A stretch of DNA of 44,288 bases, taken from a virus. Taxonomy: Duplodnaviria; Caudoviricetes. Under the pieces are notes generated by a model. That model was not told the DNA's origin. It worked only from the letters and a program-made list of their open reading frames with translations, and ran no database searches. The stretch is from the IMG/VR virus record IMGVR_UViG_3300043184_000101, positions 1-44,288 of that record; one strand, given 5' to 3'. This document shows, one piece after another, positions 26,412 to 35,055 of the stretch (positions within the stretch are counted from its first letter, which is position 1; each line of letters opens with the position of its first letter). The position numbers and the translations under genes are program-made.

Positions 26412-28820
26412 TTACGGCACTACTGTGATTGTGCAAGTCCATTCAGGGTGCCCTGAGGCAGAAATAGTGGCTGTTCCTACTTCTAATGTAGCGTCTATAA
26501 AAATATCTTCTCCAGGTTTAGCTAAAATACTTAGATTTTGACTTCCTTGTACAAAAGTATACGTAAGCTCAAATCCTGTCCTGTTGTGAACAATTATGGT
26601 TTTCTCTCCTCTTTTCACTGTCAACTCGTCAGGATCAAACCCATAACCGTTAGAGTAGAGGGGAATTTGCTTTCTAGTTCTTAGTGTTATTACTAGATCG
26701 TCGGTTGATGTAAGTTGTCCATCTGTTGCAGTTAACCTTAAGACATAAGTTCCTGGAGAATCAAAAACAGCGTAGGTTGCTAAAGAGGTTTGGGAAGTAA
26801 AAATAACCGATGAGGAACCACTAATTTTGCTCCAACTAAGGCTTAAAACAGAACCTGTCGGCAATCCATCATCGCTAACTGTACCTTCAAGATAGACTGT
26901 TGCTGGTAAAAGTATATCTCTGTCCGCTCCTGCGTTAACTTGAGGAGCGAGATTTTGTGCTTGAGCGGGGTTAACAGTGACAATTACTTCATCACTCCCC
27001 ACCAAAACGCTATCACTAGCCATCAACCTTAAGGCATAAGTGCCAGCCAAAGAAAAACTAGCTTGAGTTATTGCTGTATTTGGGCTTGTAAAATTAACTG
27101 TTCCGGGGCCACTTACCTTTGACCAAGCAAGAGTAAGTTGACCGGGGGGATTAGGAAGCCCGTCATCTGTAACTTGACCTTGCAAGGTAGCTTGATTAGG
27201 CAAAGTAACAGCCTGGTCTTGCCCTGCATTAACTTGTGGAGATTGGTTGTTAGCTTGTGCAGGGTTGACTGTAACAATAACATCATCTGTGGAGGTTAAT
27301 AGACTATCTGACACACTCAGTCTTAAGAGGTAAGTACCCGCCTGACTAAAAGTAGCTTGAGTTATTGCACTGTTAGGGCTAGAAAAAGAGACGCTACCAC
27401 TTCCACTAACTTTACTCCAAGACAAAGTTAGTTGCCCTGGAGGATTGGGAATTCCATCATCTGTAGCCGTGCCATTAAGAGATACAGAGTTAATAGGTAA
27501 AGTAATTGTTTGGTCAGCACCAGCACTAACAACAGGAGGTTTATTTGCGTTACCTCCTCTGGTTACAGTGACGCTAGCATTTCCAGCGTTCCCAAAGATG
27601 TCAGTAGCAATGACTGATATAGTGTTACTACCAGTGTTAAGAGGTATCGTTGCACTATAATTATTGTTGTTAATTGTTGCATTTACATCATTAACCTTTA
27701 CAGAAGTGACAACCGAATCATCACTAAAACTTCCTGTTACTGTTGTTGTGGCAGTATCTATATTTTGGCCTTGAGTTGGCGAAGTGATAGTAACTTGAGG
27801 AGAAGTCACGTCCGAAACGAAACCTTTAATCAAAGAATTGCTATTGAGGTTAACCCTATCACAGGCAAGCAAACCTACTAATTTACTGTTAGAATTAAGG
27901 TTAACTTGTCCGCTGGGTGCTTTTACAGCACCGTAAAGTTCTGTATTAGAGTTTAGGTTTAACCCACCGTTAGAGATATTTAAGGATAAAGAAACAGGAA
28001 TTAGAGGGTTTCCAACCTTAACATTACTACTAAAATTAATGGTATTTTGCACATTAATAGTAACATTGCCTTTGATTTGTATCTCACTGTTAGAATTGAG
28101 ATTTATAGATTGAAAATTATAAATTGTACTTTGGTTATCAACCCCTAAAATAAATCCAGAACCTGCATTAGCAGTAAATTGTCCGTAAGTTCCTGCTGGA
28201 ACAGCTAATAACCCATAGTTTGAGTTTAAGGTAAGATTACGTATGCTAGAGAAATCACCTGGAGTTTGTTTAACACTCAGAGCTAAATCTCTTGTGCCTT
28301 GAGGTTGTGCAACATTGGGTAAGGGGTTAAGTTGTATTGCATCTGTTCTTGTAACTATATGATTAAGAGTAGTATTACTATTTAGGGCTATACTATAACC
28401 TGAAGGTAAATTATTACCAGTTCCAACTACTGTTCCCCTATAAACACTATTACCTCCACCATTTACAGTAATATTAGGCGTTCCAGGTACATAAATATCT
28501 CCTGTAACTACTGTATTGGAATTTAGGCTAAAAGATTCCCCCAACAATACTCTTATTGATCCTTCCACTCTCGTCCCACTTAAATTTGGTGAATGCCTGG
28601 TTACTAAAACTTCTCCTGGTAATTGTAAGGTTGGATTTATACTAGCATTATTAAACAAACTCTTAGCTTTATCTCTTTTTCCCGTCACATCCGCAAACAC
28701 AAAAGAAGACAGACTTAGCAAGTTTGTAATTAACATTATTGACAATAAACACTTTTGCCAACTTAGTAGCTTGTTGCTAAGTAGCTTCTTTTCCCTCAAA
28801 TTATGTATTTTAGTATGCAT
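26412..28820 (-). CDS. Secreted multidomain protein: beta-helix-like LNSN repeats, Ig-like domain, three PKD-like repeats, C-terminal cupredoxin-like domain
   Basis: Signal peptide; repeats NxxPxVxAGxD...DDGLP...WSKVSG...GTYxLRL...DD; C-terminal GFDPDELTVKRG..IVHN; upstream of and co-directional with the Rhs gene. Confidence 0.8.
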   Translation of the reverse strand: MHTKIHNLREKKLLSNKLLSWQKCLLSIMLITNLLSLSSFVFADVTGKRDKAKSLFNNASINPTLQLPGEVLVTRHSPNLSGTRVEGSIRVLLGESFSLNSNTVVTGDIYVPGTPNITVNGGGNSVYRGTVVGTGNNLPSGYSIALNSNTTLNHIVTRTDAIQLNPLPNVAQPQGTRDLALSVKQTPGDFSSIRNLTLNSNYGLLAVPAGTYGQFTANAGSGFILGVDNQSTIYNFQSINLNSNSEIQIKGNVTINVQNTINFSSNVKVGNPLIPVSLSLNISNGGLNLNSNTELYGAVKAPSGQVNLNSNSKLVGLLACDRVNLNSNSLIKGFVSDVTSPQVTITSPTQGQNIDTATTTVTGSFSDDSVVTSVKVNDVNATINNNNYSATIPLNTGSNTISVIATDIFGNAGNASVTVTRGGNANKPPVVSAGADQTITLPINSVSLNGTATDDGIPNPPGQLTLSWSKVSGSGSVSFSSPNSAITQATFSQAGTYLLRLSVSDSLLTSTDDVIVTVNPAQANNQSPQVNAGQDQAVTLPNQATLQGQVTDDGLPNPPGQLTLAWSKVSGPGTVNFTSPNTAITQASFSLAGTYALRLMASDSVLVGSDEVIVTVNPAQAQNLAPQVNAGADRDILLPATVYLEGTVSDDGLPTGSVLSLSWSKISGSSSVIFTSQTSLATYAVFDSPGTYVLRLTATDGQLTSTDDLVITLRTRKQIPLYSNGYGFDPDELTVKRGEKTIIVHNRTGFELTYTFVQGSQNLSILAKPGEDIFIDATLEVGTATISASGHPEWTCTITVVP

Positions 28821-29377
28821 AAATTTTCCTTACGTCTATTTTTGCAAAACAGCATATTACCGCGAAACCTTAGTAATAATTATGACTCATATAAATAGAA
28901 CACAAATTATACTTACAGTACTATTTCTTGCAAGATAAATATTATTTATTTTATCGTAAATAATTTATATAGCGTATTTTATAGCTTTTTTATATTTTAC
29001 GTTATTTTTCTTCAAAATATAAAAAGGGTTCTTGGTGGCTTTTTTATGGCGTGGAAAAAAATCTGTTTATTAAATCAGTGTTTAGTATTTTCATTAATAT
29101 TTTATTATTTTTGATTGGTAAGCCTAAAAAAGTCCCCTATAAAGTATATAGGTGCATTTTTTAGAAAAATCCGGCAAGGGCTAGGAAAAGTTTTTCCGGG
29201 TTGGCGTATTTAATCATAAATACTTACGTCATATCTAATATTTGTATAATCGGTAAGTCATACAAATAGAGTAAGTTCTGAAAAATAAGCTTAAGACCTG
29301 TTTGCAAATGAAATACCTTCATCAAGTTTTATTGATAAATTCTCGTTCAAAACTCTCATTCAAAATTTATTACTTAT

Positions 29378-30505
29378 TTAACGTCCAGGTTCGTCATAAT
29401 CGTCTCTGTCGTCGTAGCCACAACCTTGCTCATACTCGTAAGCTTCAGCCTCTTCTCTCTCCTGCTCCTCCTCTATAAGTCGTTCAATTGTTTGTTCATA
29501 TTCTCTTTCCAAATCCTTAAAGTCGCCAATTGTTTGTTTAGTTGATTGAATTGCTGCCTCCAACTCTCTATTTGTTTCTCCAACAATTTGCTTTCTTGGT
29601 GCCATTGCTGCTTCTCTTTCTCTAGAACCAATATCTTGTTGTCTCGCTTCTTCAACTCGTTCTCCTGCCATCCCACTAGCTCTTGGTAGTGCTCTCTCGC
29701 CTCTGCTACCCTTTTGCTCTCCTCCTCTACCCTCTCTAGACTCTGCTTTAATTGTTGATTCTCTTTCTTGGCCTCTCTCAATAACATTTGAAGTCTGTTG
29801 TTGATTTCCTCTAGTTCTCTCTTGGTCAATTTCTTTTACCCCTGTGTTATGTTTTTCTCTTTGTACATAAATTTCTCTACTTTGCTTTTTTGCTACTTCG
29901 CCATTCCTATTTGCATCTAGCACTAACAACTTATTCATCTCATTTTTCAGCACCCTCTCTTGCTTGTTCCTCTCTATCCTATCCAAGTACTCTTTCTCAT
30001 CTCTTCCCATCTCTTTAGAGTAAACTCTGTTCCATTCTTTATCTAAACTTTTATAAGACCCACTTCCAAAATGAAGTTTTTCACCATTTATTTGTCTAGC
30101 ATCAACCCAAATATGAATGTGGGTATGATCGGTGTCTCTATGAATAAAACCACAAGCTCTTGCAGATGGCACTTTGCTTTCTAACCACTCATTCATCATC
30201 TGCTTTATTTTTTCTGTACTAACATCCCTTTCAAAACTAGCCATTACTCTGTAATGCGTTCTTACTCCTCCCTTCGCTTTAGCTCTGTAAATAGCCCTTT
30301 CACTTTTCTCTCTAGCCCAAGCGTAACAAGCCAAGTTTTCTCTCAGTTCCCTGTAATTTCTTGCTTCTTTTACTGAGTCTGGAATATTCCTCATTAAAAC
30401 TCCCTCTTCTTGATCAAGAACAGCAGTTTGGCGAGATATATATTCCATGTGAGCCATCGACGCTCCCAATTTTCCTACCTTAAATCTAAAAAATGTTGCA
30501 CTCAT
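29378..30505 (-). CDS. Relaxase (HUH, MOBP-like)
   Basis: HMEYISR (catalytic Tyr) and HRDTDHTHIHIWVD (3H motif); ATGA overlap with mobC; adjacent oriT. Confidence 0.88.
   Translation of the reverse strand: MSATFFRFKVGKLGASMAHMEYISRQTAVLDQEEGVLMRNIPDSVKEARNYRELRENLACYAWAREKSERAIYRAKAKGGVRTHYRVMASFERDVSTEKIKQMMNEWLESKVPSARACGFIHRDTDHTHIHIWVDARQINGEKLHFGSGSYKSLDKEWNRVYSKEMGRDEKEYLDRIERNKQERVLKNEMNKLLVLDANRNGEVAKKQSREIYVQREKHNTGVKEIDQERTRGNQQQTSNVIERGQERESTIKAESREGRGGEQKGSRGERALPRASGMAGERVEEARQQDIGSREREAAMAPRKQIVGETNRELEAAIQSTKQTIGDFKDLEREYEQTIERLIEEEQEREEAEAYEYEQGCGYDDRDDYDEPGR
29473..29829 (-). CDS. Overprinted coiled-coil mobilization protein (MbeD/MobB-like) inside the relaxase gene
   Basis: 118-aa alternate-frame ORF, TTG start with SD-like AGGGGT, clear heptad pattern. 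Confidence 0.5.
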   Translation of the reverse strand: MTKRELEEINNRLQMLLREAKKENQQLKQSLERVEEESKRVAEAREHYQELVGWQENELKKRDNKILVLEKEKQQWHQESKLLEKQIESWRQQFNQLNKQLATLRIWKENMNKQLNDL

Positions 30506-30900
30506 AAACCTTCCTCTAGTTCCTTGAGTAAGCCCTTTATTTTTTCTCCAACAAGATTTATTTCTTTTTGACTAATCAAACTTTCTCCTGTGAGTTTATT
30601 ATCTTCGTAACTATGAGCTAATTGATTTACGTTTCTTCCTAACTTCTTTAGCTGCCACATCAACTCTTCAAGTTTCTCTCTTTCCTCCCCCTTTGTTCTT
30701 TTATTTTTTCTCCATTTAACTTTTTCTTTTAATCCTCGCGCTATTAAATATTTACTTACTGTCATATTTGCATATTCTGCCAACTCATTTATCTTCTCGT
30801 ATTCTTCTTTTGTCACCCTAATGAATATAACTTTTTCTCTTTTCTCCTTGACGCTATCTTCTTTGCCTTCAACTTTTTTTACTTTCGCCACTAGTCTCAC
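30502..30900 (-). CDS. mobC: Relaxosome accessory ribbon-helix-helix protein MobC
   Basis: IFIRVTKEEYEKINELA...TVSKYL (RHH) and LKKLGRNVNQLAH motif; GTG start with SD AGGTGAG. Confidence 0.88.
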   Translation of the reverse strand: MRLVAKVKKVEGKEDSVKEKREKVIFIRVTKEEYEKINELAEYANMTVSKYLIARGLKEKVKWRKNKRTKGEEREKLEELMWQLKKLGRNVNQLAHSYEDNKLTGESLISQKEINLVGEKIKGLLKELEEGL

Positions 30901-31081
30901 CTCACCTTTTGCTCTTTTTGATTTTTACCTTATTAGTTTGCGATTTCCAAAATTTAATCTACTCACACCAACTTAACTTTTCATAAATTACTCTTTTACT
31001 TGGCCTAGTTACTCTACAAATCTTTCAGACTACAGAAGGTAGTCTGTTCCCTCCACACAGTGGCAGGACAGTCACAGACTG

Positions 31082-31140
31082 GCACTAGATAGCAATTTTC
31101 AAATTATTTGAAAATTTGCTATCTAGTGCGTATCCTGCAT
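31082..31140 (+). other. Origin of transfer (oriT), predicted nic between 31137 and 31138
   Basis: 22/23-bp inverted repeat GCACTAGATAGCAA(A)TTTTCAAA followed by G-TATCCTG|C, the IncP/T-DNA-type nic core; ~180 bp upstream of mobC. Confidence 0.85.
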
Positions 31141-31267
31141 TCTCTTCTTTTCCCACACACCACTGGATGATAGCACACCCCTCCCTCTCTTTCACTTCTC
31201 TACCGTCACCAAAGCCCACCAAACAACTAATTTCCTAGTATACGCATGGTTGATATCATGTTGCTTA

Positions 31268-31669
31268 CTAGGTAGTGGCCGTCACTTTTGCGTATACGCA
31301 AATGAAGCCCATTCTTTTTCTTGCAGTAAAAAGGCTGCTGGATTCTGAGGTCGTTTCCCCCTGAAAGGGGGACGGAAGGGGGTTTCTTCTTTTATTGCTA
31401 ATTAAGAGTAAGGTAGCCCGATAAAGCGTTAAGCAAAAAATTTTCCCGTAATGTTTTTTATGAAGGGAAAGTTTTTTGTAGCTTTTGAGGGAATTGACAG
31501 GATGATTAAAATTCGTAGACTCGAAGAAGACTAGCAAACTTGTTTGCTGCTGTCTTCTTCGGTCAAGAATTTGTCCAATCATCCTGTCAATGTCTACCGC
31601 TTTTCTTGGGCTAATTTCCTTGCGTCTGATAGCACGTAAAATCTTTTTCCTATATATTTTTTTCAGCAT
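31268..31669 (-). CDS. Hypothetical ORF (doubtful)
   Basis: 133-aa basic ORF with no recognisable motif; may overlap the replication origin. Confidence 0.25.
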   Translation of the reverse strand: MLKKIYRKKILRAIRRKEISPRKAVDIDRMIGQILDRRRQQQTSLLVFFESTNFNHPVNSLKSYKKLSLHKKHYGKIFCLTLYRATLLLISNKRRNPLPSPFQGETTSESSSLFTARKRMGFICVYAKVTATT

Positions 31670-32041
31670 TTCTTTTTTTAATTGCTTAGCACCCCTTTTT
31701 TGCCACTTAAACTATTCTTAAATAACCTATTTATAGTTTTTTAGAATATGAAATTTTTTACGAAATTACTTGTGAAACCCAATATGCATTTTTTTTCTGA
31801 TCAATACTATATTTTACTTACGTCTTATTAGGAGTATTTATTCAACTTTTTTTGGAGTTTTTTCTTTTTTGACTTTTTTTGACCTGTCTTTTTCCTTGCT
31901 GGCTCTTTTGGTGTGCTTTTTTCTAAAATTTTGAAGTTTTTTGACCCACTTTTCCTTTTTTTAAATAGTCCTCCCCTTTGCTGCCTCTTTTTTTACCGCA
32001 GTTCCTCTTTTTATTCTTATTTCTACTTTGTTATTTTCCCT

Positions 32042-32866
32042 CTACATAAATCTATAGCGGTGTTTCTTATAGCTCCTTCCAGCTATACCTCCCACCAATC
32101 CCCTCAACTCATACCCTATCTTCAGTCCATAGCTTCTTGCCTTACTCAATACCGCTTGGTAAAAGTCTGTTTCTGATACCTTCTTCCCACTTGCGCTCTC
32201 TCTTGCTACTTCCTCCGCCGCCTCCTCTATTCCCCTCTTTAGCTCCTCTGGCGCTTCTTCACACGCTATTCTCTCTTCCTCATACCTCGCCTCTTGCTCG
32301 GCCTCCATCCTCTCTAGCGCCTCTCTCCCTCTCCTCTCCTGCTCCAGCCTCTCCTCTTGCGTCAACTCTACCTTCTCCACCACCGCTTCTACTACTTTTA
32401 CCTTAGCCTTTCTTACCCAAGGTCTTTTTACTCTTTGGCTTGACCCTTCCCTTGGCTCTTTTGCTTTCTCTTGTCCTGTTACTTGTCCATAGAATTTGTC
32501 TAATGCCGCATTTCCCTTCCTTATCGCCTCTTTTGCCCACTCTACCGCTGGCCTTGAATAAAATTCTACTATCCTGTAATAGTTCTGATCTGTTCTCTCT
32601 ATTATTATTCTCCCTGTCTCCTTTAGCTCATATAATGCATTTTGCACCTGTCTTACTGATCTCCCCACTGCCTTGGCTAACCATTCTTGGTGGAAAAATG
32701 CCTCTCCTGTTAACTGTTGCTTTTGCCAGATCTGGAAAAACACACGCTCACTCGTTGGTAAATGCTTGATGTGTTTCCTATTTCCCTTGCACATTAGCCA
32801 GTCTGTCTCATTAAATCCTTCTGGCCTTTGCCATACTCCTTCTTGCATATCTAATTCTTGATTCAT
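32042..32866 (-). CDS. Putative replication initiator, N-terminal winged HTH (274 aa; start corrected)
   Basis: FFHQEWLAKAVGRSVRQVQNALYELKETGRIIIER..NYYRI (HTH_36-like); SD AAGGAAGG before ATG 32866; next to the mob module. Confidence 0.65.
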   Translation of the reverse strand: MNQELDMQEGVWQRPEGFNETDWLMCKGNRKHIKHLPTSERVFFQIWQKQQLTGEAFFHQEWLAKAVGRSVRQVQNALYELKETGRIIIERTDQNYYRIVEFYSRPAVEWAKEAIRKGNAALDKFYGQVTGQEKAKEPREGSSQRVKRPWVRKAKVKVVEAVVEKVELTQEERLEQERRGREALERMEAEQEARYEEERIACEEAPEELKRGIEEAAEEVARESASGKKVSETDFYQAVLSKARSYGLKIGYELRGLVGGIAGRSYKKHRYRFM

Positions 32867-33012
32867 ATCTGCGTCCTTCCTTGAAGTCCGCCATCTCACT
32901 AGACCCACCAAATGTTACTTTTAATCCTCAGTCTAACTCGCTTATTTACCGCTACTTGCCACTTTCTCTGTTTTCCTGCTTGCCCTTAGCCGTAAACCTT
33001 TGTTATTCTGAG

Positions 33013-33038
33013 ATTTCGCACATTTGCGTGTGCGAAAT
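33013..33038. promoter_or_regulatory. Inverted repeat upstream of the rep-like gene (possible operator)
   Basis: ATTTCGCACA-tttgcg-TGTGCGAAAT perfect 10-bp arms. Confidence 0.4.
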
Positions 33039-33207
33039 TTTTATTTTATAAAACAATCAAATTACGGGGTCTGCTACTTTGGCAGCCTTTTCTTTTTTGT
33101 AAGCAAAAATTGTGAAACGAAATGTACACCATTGGGAGGTATTTGGGTAGAGTTACTTTTGTGCAGCAGCAAAATAAAGAGCTTGCCACTTTATTTGCTG
33201 GTTAGTT

Positions 33208-33657
33208 TTAGTCACTCAAAAGATCAGTATAAAACTCCTTGACATCTAAAATAGGTACAGACCATTCAGACACCTGTAACCCATCTTCATTCACAACTTG
33301 ACGTGCAGGCACAAAAGAAAAAGGATCCTTTCCACCGAATTTTATTTGCGACTGATTTAGAAAAAAGATCTGATTTTGTATAAAAACAAAATCTTCTACA
33401 CGGTACATAGGCCACCAAAATATAAAGCTTGCTGTTTTAGGATCGAGCATTGACGTTATTAAGCAAGACGTTGGTTCTTCATTAATAATTCGATCTAAGG
33501 CTTGTTTCCAATGTTGAAGATAGTCATCAACAGACCAATAACCCAAAGCTGAAGTAAAGTGCTCTCGAAAATTACCTAAAGTAATTAAGCCAAACACAGC
33601 TTCTCCATCATCGCAAGTAATAATTTTGTCAGGTACTAATTTTATTGAAAATGCCAT
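33208..33657 (-). CDS. cdiI: Orphan CdiI-type immunity protein (resembles Enterobacter cloacae CdiI)
   Basis: LGYWSVDDYLQHW, TSMLDPKTASFIFWWPMY, FIQNQIFFL and EDGLQVSEW match my recollection of CdiI-ECL (LSYW...DY..SW, SMYEP...FIFTW.LY, VQN..IFL, DG.KISEW). Confidence 0.75.
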   Translation of the reverse strand: MAFSIKLVPDKIITCDDGEAVFGLITLGNFREHFTSALGYWSVDDYLQHWKQALDRIINEEPTSCLITSMLDPKTASFIFWWPMYRVEDFVFIQNQIFFLNQSQIKFGGKDPFSFVPARQVVNEDGLQVSEWSVPILDVKEFYTDLLSD

Positions 33658-33673
33658 AATCTATTTCCCAATA

Positions 33674-34030
33674 GGGGGTTTTTAAATAACGCCCGAAAAA
33701 GTATATTCCAAAAATATAATTAGCTAACTTATAGTAAAAAAAAGATTTATAAATATGTATTTCAAAGTGTGCCAAAAGATAAAATTAAGAGTATTTTGAC
33801 ATTTTGATTTTGGCACGGCTTTTGGCTCAACAAAATCATCAAAATTCATATGTATTATTACTAGATTTACTGTTGAGCCAAAAACTACACTTTTTGGCTC
33901 ACTTATACTCAATAAGCGTATCCTTATTGTTTACTTATATTTATCAGTAGTTTCAATAAAAGCTAGTAACTCTGGGCATAAATTGGCTTACCTTGGAATA
34001 TACTTTTTCGGGGGATATTTAAAAACCCCC
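33674..34030. mobile_element. 357-bp non-autonomous Tn3-like element (MITE), copy 2
   Basis: Same orientation and, by eye, same sequence as 17738-18094 (offset 15,936); intact 38-bp TIRs. Confidence 0.9.
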
Positions 34031-34042
34031 TTCTTGTTTGAT

Positions 34043-34744
34043 TTAGGCTAAAGCGCCAAATGCACAATCAAAGTCATCTCTTACGCTAAAGTACTGATTA
34101 GCTAAAGATTGATAAACTTTGGCTAAATCGGCTTGCTCCTTTTGCAAGGCATGTTTAGCTCTTGCTTCCATTGCATAGCCTAATGCCAAACGCTTTACTA
34201 TTCTACGATCTCCTTTAGGTACTGTATTTATAGGAGGATCGCGATCACTAATTTGATGAATGCCTGTGTAGCGTATTTGGTGGCTTCTTGCCATTGTTGC
34301 TGGAGTTGATAACACTAAAATGTAATTGCCTTGCTCATCTGTGCTTATAGGGATTTCACCAGTATCAGCAAAAATTTCATCATTAGGAGAATCTGTTGTT
34401 GCTCCTAGTGGTGAAGAAAAGGGTGATAACCCTGTTCTATTTCTAGCAGGATAAGCACCTGGAACATTGGCCTTGTAGCTTTTTTGCCCTTTGAGCAAAC
34501 TTAGCAGCATATCATCATCAATTCCTGGCCTGTAGAGATAATCAGCAGGGAGAACAATTTCTTCATCTCCTGGTTCTATCTTGATGATAACTAGAAGGTT
34601 AAGTCTTCCTTTTCCTTCTAATAATGAATACTCTTCTAATGACTCTTCTATAGCATCGTTCCATTGGTCATCAGAAACATCTCTTAGGTAAGGGTTTTCA
34701 TTGTCAGCATTTTTTAATTCTTGGATAAAAGATAAACGTGTCAT
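34043..34744 (-). CDS. Head-tail adaptor/neck protein (putative)
   Basis: Follows capsid genes; helical N- and C-termini around a beta insert (IVLPADYL), SD GGAGA. Confidence 0.6.
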   Translation of the reverse strand: MTRLSFIQELKNADNENPYLRDVSDDQWNDAIEESLEEYSLLEGKGRLNLLVIIKIEPGDEEIVLPADYLYRPGIDDDMLLSLLKGQKSYKANVPGAYPARNRTGLSPFSSPLGATTDSPNDEIFADTGEIPISTDEQGNYILVLSTPATMARSHQIRYTGIHQISDRDPPINTVPKGDRRIVKRLALGYAMEARAKHALQKEQADLAKVYQSLANQYFSVRDDFDCAFGALA

Positions 34745-34759
34745 TTCTCTCCATTCTTT

Positions 34760-34993
34760 CTACTGTTCAGGAACAAAGCCTGTTGGAGTTGGTTCTTTGG
34801 CAGGTTCTTCTTTAACTTTTGGTTTAATTAAGGTTTCTACTTTGGGACTCATTGCCACATTCTGGTTACCTAAATTTACCAATGATAAAAGCTGGCCTTG
34901 TTCTTGTTTTTCTTCAGGGCTTGCTGCCACAGTAGGCGTTTGCTTGTTGGTAGAAATGTACTTTTTAGAGTCACCTCTTTGCATTAAAAGCAT
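34760..34993 (-). CDS. Small hypothetical protein after the capsid gene
   Basis: 77 aa, SD AAAGGAAA, fits the operon spacing. Confidence 0.6.
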   Translation of the reverse strand: MLLMQRGDSKKYISTNKQTPTVAASPEEKQEQGQLLSLVNLGNQNVAMSPKVETLIKPKVKEEPAKEPTPTGFVPEQ

Positions 34994-35012
34994 AATATTT
35001 TCCTTTATGATT

Positions 35013-35042
35013 AAAGGCTAAGAGTAGTTGCTCTTAGCCTTT
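35013..35042 (-). terminator. Hairpin terminator/attenuator after the capsid gene
   Basis: AAAGGCTAAGAG-6 nt-CTCTTAGCCTTT perfect 12-bp stem 13 bp after the capsid stop. Confidence 0.7.
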
Positions 35043-35055
35043 GTGATGGTGTTAT

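Larger units (their letters stand above)
17738..34030. mobile_element. MITE-flanked composite element / plasmid cointegrate, 16,293 bp
   Basis: Direct-repeat 357-bp ends; TSD TTCTT at 17733-17737 and 34031-34035; removing it restores a short intergenic gap between two phage genes. Confidence 0.92.

Noticed and set aside
26680-27545. ~300-bp repeats as a possible array
   Set aside because: They are in-frame PKD-like domain repeats, not CRISPR or non-coding repeats
29290-29310. IS-end-like TAAGACCTGTTTGCAAA
   Set aside because: No partner repeat or transposase remnant found
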